A DNA stretch of 64,000 nucleotides, taken from contig NC_042998.1 of the NCBI RefSeq assembly GCF_006345805.1, forward strand, positions 72,230,001-72,294,000, read 5' to 3'. Of this stretch, positions 54,575 through 64,000 are shown piece after piece. Each line of letters begins with the position of its first letter. The first letter of the stretch is position 1. A program made the translations under genes and the position numbers. The stretch is from Octopus sinensis. Its lineage: Eukaryota. The notes below the pieces were generated by a model. It searched no databases and was not told the DNA's origin. It saw only the letters and a program-made list of their open reading frames with translations.

Positions 54575-54945
54575 AAGACGGCGAGCTGGCAAAGCTGTCG
54601 GGTGAAATGCTTAGCGGTATTCCGCCGAGGTCGACTTTGCCTTTCATTCTTTCGGGGTCTATTAAATAAGTACCAGTTACGCGCTGGAGTCGATATAATC
54701 GACTTAATCCGTTTGTCTGTCCTTGTTTGTCCCCTCTGTATTTAGCCCCTTGTGGGTAGTAACGAAATAGGTATTTCGTCTGCCGCTACGCTGTGAGTTC
54801 AAATTCCGCCGAGGTCGACTTTGCCTTTCATCCTTTCGGAGTCGAGAAATTAAGTACCAGTTATGTACTGGGGTTGATATAATCGACTGGCACCCCTCTT
54901 CCAAAATTTCGGACCTTGTACCTAGAGTAGAAAAGAATTTACTAG
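54575..54945 (+). mobile_element. Dimeric tRNA-derived SINE (type 1)
   Basis: Two copies of TTCCGCCGAGGTCGACTTTGCCTTTCAT..AAGTACCAGTTA..GATATAATCGACT; the first monomer lacks the B-box segment. Confidence 0.85.
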
Positions 54946-55935
54946 ATTTCAAAATAAAAAAAACAGCATCTAAATTATGCCTTATAAATAAACTGCGCTT
55001 AATCGGAAGGAAAGTTACTATGACAGACCATTGGATACCATTTTTATTTTATTAAGAGCTTATACTTTTTTTAAAGACTTCCATTTATATTACTCACACA
55101 TTTTAATATATATTTCATTTATTGTAAGTCTGTCATGCATCGGTAGTTTTAAACATTACATTTGCCACACAACAGTTTTAATATTCATTAATTTTACGAC
55201 AGTATCAATCTATTTTCCTATTTTTCATATCAGCAAAAGATTTCTAATATTTTGTGAGAGAAATATTGATTATTGCGTCATAATTAAAAAATTTGTTATA
55301 TTTTCAAAACATATGGAAATGTTTTCTCTTTCGCTATAGTAAATCCTTAATTAGATAACACACATGATTTACTATCATAGCTTTAAAATATTTGCTTAAT
55401 TATTAAATTTACATAGCATATATTGAAATCCTAGTTTAACACCCCGAAGACTATTAAGCTGGTTGTCTACATTTAGTTTCCATTACTTCCCATTACGTTC
55501 TGATGCATTCTATGCAGATAAAAATCTTACATAACCTGAAGGTGAAACTATAGCTAAATTAGGAAAAAAAGAAAATAAGAAAGTATTTGAAACTAATGTT
55601 GCAAAAATCTATATTCAAGTACGAAGTATTACATAAATTACAGATACCTAGAGATGTGGCACTACTCGAAAAACATATGAAGCGAGATGATTATCTGAAC
55701 TAATATATTTGAAATTACAATCTCAATGAAATTTGAAATTAGTCTATATCAAATGAATAATTTTTTAATTATTTCCTAATTGTCATACTTATAACTATTA
55801 AAAATACATACAGCGAAGCACACGCATATGTTTGTAGCTATGCATAAACATATATCTCGTTTTTTATCTGTCTCTCATACTTTCAGACCATGCACACGCT
55901 TATGCCTGCCTCTGTGAATGCTTGCGCATATTTGC

Positions 55936-55983
<48 letters not shown>

Positions 55984-56639
55984 GTCACATTTGTGGTTTA
56001 AATGCTTTACGAAAGATTTCATGCGGAGGGAATTTGGTTATCACAGTTATGGAATTATTCACACAGAAATGCCGAAAATTGATACATAACATATTTATTT
56101 GATAATATGCGTACTATATTATCAAATAAACATGTAATGTAGCACTTTTTTAGTATTAATTGAACAATTTAAATGACGCTAGTTATAATTGTTATAACCA
56201 TTATCTACCTATATAAAAGAGGAAAAACACATACGCACTTTGGCTTTGGTAAGAATTAAATGGCAATAGACATGCTATGATCGAGCTGAAAATGCACACA
56301 CCTATAGAACGCGTGGTTTAGTTACAGCAAGAGTAGGTTTCAAGTCTCAATCTCGATAACAAAGACCCGAAACTATACATTTTCTGCGCGTGAGTGGATG
56401 TCATACACTATTGCTTTGAGTTGTGTTCACGCAACATGTTGGATTCTACGCGTGACTGTGCACGTGTTTGCGCGAATGCAACGGTAAAATGGGGCGAAAA
56501 CACGTTCAATATATACGTAGAAACATTTCCTGAATCGATTGGCGTAAGTTCGAATTCTCTACCTTGAAAAATGCAAATTCTAGCAGTTTTGATTGTGCCT
56601 TTTTAAGGAGTTCTCAGTTGAAAATGGTGTCAAAAAATA

Positions 56640-56997
56640 TCTATCTATATATATAAAGCGGAAGTTGTCTTTGTGTGACAGGTTTGTTAGCCTTCAACTA
56701 ACGCTATCTCCCCCGAGACCCTGCGGCGCAAGTCGACCAAAATTGACAATATGATAGAAGAAGGATTCAAATCGGACCATGTTAAGATCGAAAAGTTTTT
56801 ACATCAAAAAGGTTCTTTTTTTTATGATGATCCCTATTTTTTACGATTTTTTGCCTGCTGTGTCGCCATTTTTCGGTGTATTTTAAATGTTCACTTAAAG
56901 AGAATAACAAGCTACATAATGCAAATGTTTTACTTTTCAAAAATTCCAATTCTAAAGGGTCGAAACAAACCCGAGCAACGCCGGGCGATATTGATTG
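56640..56997 (+). mobile_element. Non-autonomous Helitron, second family
   Basis: A|TCTATCTATATATATAAA start; CCCGAGCAACGCCGGGCGATA hairpin end shared with 50366-50750; terminal CTAG degraded. Confidence 0.75.
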
Positions 56998-57038
56998 TTA
57001 TATATAAAGTATTACTGATTTCAAATTTTGGCTCAAGC

Positions 57039-57160
57039 AATTTCGGGAGAGGAAATAAGTCGATTTGATCGAGCCCAGTGTTCAACTGAATCTTTTTCTA
57101 TCGATCCCCAAAGGGTAAAAGGTAATATCGACCTCGACGATAATTCCACCCAGAACGATT
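57039..57160 (-). mobile_element. Degenerate type 1 SINE
   Basis: Reverse complement reads ..GTCGAGGTCGATATTACCTTT.ACCCTTTGGGGATCGATA..CACTGGGCTCGAT..AATCGACTT. Confidence 0.65.
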
Positions 57161-58959
57161 TTGCTAGCACACCACCTTGGTATATAAAGCAATAAGAAAT
57201 AAATTGGTGAAATTTACATCTTATGTAAATATGTGGAGAACAAAGCAAGGATTGATCTGTGTAATTTTGGTTTTTATGTGCTTGTTCACGAGGTTGAGGT
57301 ACTTTTTCATATGTGGAGAGCTACAGTGTTTAAATAATCATTCTTACGAAAGCGGATGAGTTCGGTCAATGCATAGGTTGATTTGTATACTTGAGTTTCC
57401 GGTGGAAACGTAATAATTATATCCTGTTTTCGACATTATTATTTAATCATTTCACTGCGTTTCCATCAAATTCAATATTATGCAAATGAGAGCCGGCGTT
57501 GAGAAATCAATACGTAATTTGACTATGAATATTTCTACGTAATATTTTCTGTATGCAATAAATCATTGATTAAAACAAACATCGAAGACAGACGTTGTTT
57601 TATTTTATCTAAGTAGATATATAATGACAATTGTTTATACTTGCCCCAGTGTGTCTATCCTATTTCCCTGCAGTGGCTAAATCTAGTAACTTATAACTAC
57701 CATACACTTCAGAACACATTACCAAAATTGTATGTGTCTGCCTTTATTACGGCTGCGATATATAGTTTTTAGGATTATTTTATTTATAATGTAAACTTAA
57801 TTTTTTTTAGGGTTACTTTACCTATAAACAAAATAGCAACTGCAACTTGTGTGGTGGTTACCTGGGTTACAATCACTTTACACTTTCTCTAATCCTTTCT
57901 ATTTTTTTGTTTCCATATGATTTTTTTTCTATCGTTGCCTTTCTATGTCATAATTATCTTTTCCCTTTCCAGTTTTAGTGAATTTTCATTTTATCCTCTT
58001 CGTACCCCTTCACTAATTTATACCTATTTTAATACATAGTTTGTGGTCTTATTAAAGAAATCGTGTTTAATGCAAAGACGCAATTCGACTGATGTCATTT
58101 GCTTATTTTGTTCTTCTCTTGCTCTTCAATTTTCATTGCTACCATGTCTTGTTTCAATATTCCTGTAGTTTTGATATATGTTAAGTGTCTTTTTAGAAAA
58201 GTCCCTTGAATTAAAATTCACTGTACTTATCGAATTGCATATATCTAATTTTTTTAACTTTTTACCAGAGGTTTGGGGTTTTGTTGTTACTTAAAGGTTT
58301 AATATCTCAGTCAAGCACTTATTTAGGTCCCACTTCAAAAATGTCTGAATGTAAAATTGAAATGCAATATTTATCTAAAATGTCATTACATAAAGACACG
58401 TATTAACCATTTATTTAGACATTTTCAGTCTTACACTGGTTTCAATCATTGGATAGCCACAATGCTGGAGTACCACCTTGAAACGTTAACAACTGTCATT
58501 ACTTATTTTTAAATACTGGGATCGATTTGTCCGACAAAACCATTCAAGACAGCTACTATCCAAAGACTGCAACAAATAAAATATAGCAAATATGTAGTAA
58601 ATAGTAAAAAAGTTTTCTTTATATAATATACATACATATATTTTAAGCCTTGCAGTTATTTTATCCGTCTCTTCTCGAATCACTAGGTTATGAGGATGTA
58701 AACATAGCAAAACAGGTTATGAAGTGATGGTGATAGAAAAACTCAAACAGAAAATCGGATATATATGTACATATATACATACATACACGCGTGCAGGAAC
58801 ACATACACAGGCACACAAACACATATGCAGTATTACATGCTAAGCAAGCTCAATTATGGCCGAACAGGTCATGATATTTGTAACTTTGTAAACACATTGC
58901 AGTTTGTAAGCATATTTAAATTAATTTTCTTTTTCGTTTTTAATACCAAAGGATAAAAT

Positions 58960-59680
58960 GGTAAGTCAAGTCCATAATAATCTCGGATTCAAGAAAATAT
59001 CGATTCTCCTAAATTTAACTGTTAGCCCTTTTCAAAAAAAAGTATGCTTCAAATTCCTCAGGCTGATGGATAATATTATTTATAGTCAAGATAGACGTGA
59101 CATAGCTTTGAAATTTCCTTATGACTCGTACATCTTGCATCTAGCAATTCTTTACGAGGCTATCTGGCAGTAACAATAGAACATTGAAGTGATTAGACAT
59201 CGATTGAAGACAGTCGTAAAACTAGTCGTATACGTACCTTAGAGCAAAGATTAAAAGAAAACAAAAGGTGATAAATACGCCGAAATAATGGAGATTGTAG
59301 TTGTGTAACGATAATAAAATATCTAGACTAAATAGGAGTGGATTACATTCATGAGGAGGGATAGAAGACCAATAAAACATTTTTCGTTAATGCGTGTTAT
59401 ACTATATACTTCAGGAGTAAATCCTGATATATCAAAGTGAAATTGACGTAATGTCCATCCGATGATGTATGGCATGACCCTTTCTAAACAGAGAAGAGAT
59501 GTTGTTTGGATACACCTATACTCCTTTGAACCTAGATATTCTGAATACGAGCTCTCATACTTATATAAAGCTCCATAATTGCAGTATGTTCCAACTGAAC
59601 GTTGCATCAAACTATGCGCATTAAAACGTGAAAATTGCCTTACAGCTAATGATATTACTGTAATCGTAAATACCTAAATT
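58960..59680 (-). mobile_element. Possible very old L1/Tx1-like RT remnant
   Basis: Ordered weak echoes of RT motifs across frames: DYSNIISCKAI, LERV...WTLRQFHF, NPLLFSL, FEKG*QLNLGES. Confidence 0.3.
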
Positions 59681-60659
59681 CATCTGATATCTGTAAAATT
59701 TCGTTGTATCATATAAAATGGAATATTGTAACTTTTAAAGCTTCATCAATTTCAAATATATCTGACGAAATAGTACAGACAGTTAAAAGATATAACATAT
59801 CATTACTGTTAAAACGTGCTTAAATTTTGTTTGAATCGTTACTTTTTTGTATTTGAGGCAAATTGAAGCCAATTATCGAGCTGCATGACTTGATATTTGT
59901 AATTTCGTTATCTGTGCTTGTGTTATCGGTATATTTTAAGATTAACATTTTTTTTCCTGTTCATCTCAATCCTGAATTACAGTGTGTTATCTTACTTTTA
60001 CCAGATTAAGGAACTTGGTTTTCGATAGTTGATTTTGAAATAGTACATTACATTCCTCAAATGAGCGGTGCGTTTTAGACCTTGAGAAAAAATTTCATTT
60101 CACTTTGCCCTCGTCTGATTCGATGGAAACGTTATCAGAAGTGTGTTAGTGTAATGTAACCTATTTTCAAATGGGACATCCTCAATGTTCCGCTTGACCA
60201 ATATTAGATGGGATTTGCTACCGGCTCAAACTCATTTTGAGGTGATAGTCGTTTTATTTCTTTGCCTTCTCATGTAATTCATATTTGCGTATTTTGTGCA
60301 CCCCGAAACTGAAATCACAAGGCGGCTTTACAGAAATTTATTTACTCAATGTTACAGGCCGTGTTAACATGTTTGGTACTAATTTTCCACTTCGCTATTT
60401 TTGTATGGGGTGGCTAATTTCAGATTTTGTCTTGAACTTCTGCGTTAAACACCAAATGTAAACTTCAGAGAACTAGAAAATTGCGCACCCTAACTCATTA
60501 AATATTTATAGATAGTCATATGTTTAGTCATTATTCAGAAATTTCCAATATGCCTTTGGAGAAGTTTCTTTCACACAGTTTCCTGACACCTAAAATGCCA
60601 ATGGTTATTGGTTCACTTCCACAGCATTCCGAACGTATGTTCGTCTCGATGATCTTAGT

Positions 60660-60719
<60 letters not shown>

Positions 60720-63700
60720 ATGTGTGTGTTTAGTCAGTCTTACACAACAACAGTAGTAGAATATACCTTCAATTGCCGCAGCTTTTAACACACACACACA
60801 CACATGCACATACACAGATACAAACATGCACACACACACACAAACCCGCAATCAAATACATACACACATACCCCCCCCCCATATATAAATGCATATAGTA
60901 ATTCTATATAAACTGTGAAAAGGTAAAGATGGATTATTATATACATTTGAAGTGGGAAAAATTAAGATATTGCATGCAATGTACTTTTTCGAATTTGAAG
61001 AATCCGGGAATTTCGTGTTTCTAAACATTATTTCTTTTCCAACAATGTATTAAGTATGGGAATTTTTCACTAGCGATCTGCTACGAGAGCTCATCCAACG
61101 CAATCCAATCGTATATGAAAATCATCTATGTTCTTTCTCTGCAAAATATATTTCGCTCTACCTATACTTTATTTAAGACAGTATAGTAGGCTTTCAGTGA
61201 AATTATACAGCTAATGTCCACGGTTTGAGTGATACCTGTCAATTCTCACAATGACTTCCTCAGTTTTCTTGCAGGTTTTAATATACTAAAACGCAAACTA
61301 AATATCCAGTACCATCACTCTCGTCTAAAATGACATGGATTTCAACGCTGATATTCATACATATTTTCGTATATCTTCAAACTTTTAACAAGCTTACAGT
61401 AAGAAACTTGAAATAGTCATACGAACTGTTCAAATGATTAAGCAACCAATCACGTTATTCTACTTTAAAGAACAAAGAATACGAGTCAGTGTTGTTCCAA
61501 AAACCTTTGCCTAGATATAAGAGGTGGAAACGATTATAGTTTTTATTAATTTGGGTTTGACTGCTCAGAATTGTTGTTATTTGCAAAATAAAAACAGTGG
61601 AGGCAAAGGAACAAATTGTAATCTAAGTTTCTGTTTACATAAGAAAATGAAGACAAAATTGCAGTATTGAAATTACGATAATACTTCTGTCTGAAAAGTA
61701 TCCGCATGGCAGCTCATGAAAGGAAAATATTCTGCTGAATTTGAATCTTTCATTTTTGTTTATAAATTGCTAAGAATTATTCGTTAAATGTATTTATTAT
61801 TATATGTGCATACTCAATGCGAATAATGAAAGTATATGATTAAACTTTTGGAGTTCATTCTTTACTACAAATAATAATGCAATTATAGGCGCTCCAATAC
61901 ATTTATGTACATATATCCCATCTATCCATACATAACAGAAAAATTATAGAAACGAAGGAAAAGAAGCAATTATATGTTTACCTCTTTCCAGTAAGTGTTC
62001 ATTATTCTGTGGCTTTACCTCACAAAACACCGACTTCTAATACAATTCTAAAATTATTGAATCGTTATATTGTCACAAGGTTTAAATTTGCCTAAATTGT
62101 TAACCATTCATTAACATAAATTTTGATTGCATATCCCTGGCTCTTTTTTAGTATAATAATATTTAACCAACATATTAATACGTATTGTATCCTATTTTAT
62201 ATTGTATCAGGTGTACAAATACTTTTATTCTGAAATGTCATGTTTTGTTCTTTCATGTGGGTATGAAACATCTACTATATACTTTGATTTCTATCATTGC
62301 CTTAGTCTATGAATGTATAGGGAAGAGGTGAACCAATATAATCGAGTATGCATCAATAATTGTTGATCATTTGAATCGAGTCAATGTGAATTTTAGCTCA
62401 GTTCATATAGAGAAATAATGTAATAACACAAGCGTAGGATGTGTGCTTTTTGCTTTTCAGTAACTCGTGAACCTTAATTCGAATATCTAAGGTTATTTAC
62501 GACTACAAACAGGTAAAAGGCATACTTCCACAAAGATAAATATTCTAGAATGCATACTGGAAATGTTCATCTATCAGATTGACAAGATTTTAGATAAGAA
62601 TATCGTAACAAACTGACAACATAGCATTTACGATTGTTCTGCAAAGGCTAGAGTGGCCTTTGCCATTTTAAACATTATAGCTTTCTAACTTCACCAATCG
62701 AATCCCATAAATCGCAATCTTCCCGTCATCCAAATCCTGTCCTCCCTTTCACAAACGTACATATACTCTTTACTCAAAGTATTATTTGTTAACACCTCAT
62801 ACTTTATTTATAAATTGTTTCCATGCTATATTTAGTAGCAATATATTTTACATACTATCATCCCTGTCATCATACTTTCGTTCCCTTATGTGAACGCCTA
62901 ACTAGTAATCTTGTTTTCTCAACAGATTCGTCAAATATAAAGGTTTTACGGTAGCGTAAAATGCATGATGACATAAAATTCTTCGTACATGCAACAAACT
63001 ATCATGAAAACGTCGGTTTGTATGTAACCTGTAGGTATGGATTTTTAGAGGTTTACCACTCATACGTAAAAGCCGTGCATTTATTTGCCACGTGTATCCT
63101 GGTGTGCACCAAAATAAGGCATCTCCATATAAATATATATATATGTATGTATGTATGTGTGTACGTATCAAAATAAGCAACAAGTATATCCGTATACTTG
63201 TTACTTATTTTGATTGTAATCACCCATGGATTTATATGGATAATACCATACAAAATTCTGGTGCCTTTGACTTAATTACCATATTCATCTGAATCTCTCT
63301 CTCTCTATATATATATACAGTATATACATACGTATACATACATACTTACATGAATACATACATACATGCGTGCATACATACATACATATATATATATATA
63401 TATTATATATATATATATATATATGTATATGTATATATGTATATATATATATATTATAAAATATGATATAAATGTGGTCCAATCGCTGTGTTTGTTAATC
63501 TCAGGTTTTCTCTAATTTCTGATTGTTTGCATTGGTTCCTGGTAAACCCTTGCTTATCCTGTTGTTACCTGCACTCTACGTGCATGGTATGCCTGCACAT
63601 CAATGCCCGGCGATAATACGGGTAACGGATACTGATAGTATATACGAATATTTTAGTCCTTAGTCGGTTATTAAAACCACTAACTCTGTTCACACACATA

Positions 63701-64000
63701 TATATATAGAAATATATATATTTAACAATTAAGGATAACTTCTTAATAAGGAATCTTAGCAAGAAATTATCAGGTAGATAGCGTGAAAAACCTCATAAGA
63801 GAAAACATTTCGAAAATAATTCTTTCTTATTGAACATATTAATTTATATATAGAGGGCATTATTATACATACATGCCTCACGCTAAGAGGGACATCAGTC
63901 ATTTCTACCAAAAAATTTTACTAATCATACCCAATGCAATCTTTCAAAGCAAGACATTTAAAAAATGAATTTAAAAAATGAATTTTTTAAATGTCTTGCT

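Overview
AT-rich eukaryotic DNA crowded with repeats. The SINE, LINE and microsatellite content looks like an octopod cephalopod genome (inference from recalled repeat families, not a search). I find no intact, identifiable protein-coding gene, and almost all long ORFs in the track are microsatellite translations or transposon debris. The first ~22 kb is a stack of decayed non-LTR retrotransposons of the R4/Dong type (restriction-like endonuclease, RLE), each anchored in (AAT)n-derived triplet arrays, with a complete mariner and a Chapaev-like remnant nested inside. The remaining ~42 kb has (TA)n/(CA)n/(AGAT)n arrays, Tc1/mariner fossils, tRNA-derived SINEs, two non-autonomous Helitrons, a MITE-like element and Penelope-like elements (PLEs). 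The strongest signal is five type I hammerhead ribozyme motifs in four unrelated sequence contexts (25.4, 34.7/38.1, 38.7, 46.8 kb). Two of them lie in the ~490-bp inverted pseudo-LTRs of a PLE whose endonuclease linker has a long in-frame Asn-rich expansion. Two phase-compatible candidate minus-strand exons (38750-38991 and 29043-29121) would put two sense-oriented hammerheads and a long RNA duplex inside one intron; this is a hypothesis only. All coordinates, identities and pairings were read by hand.
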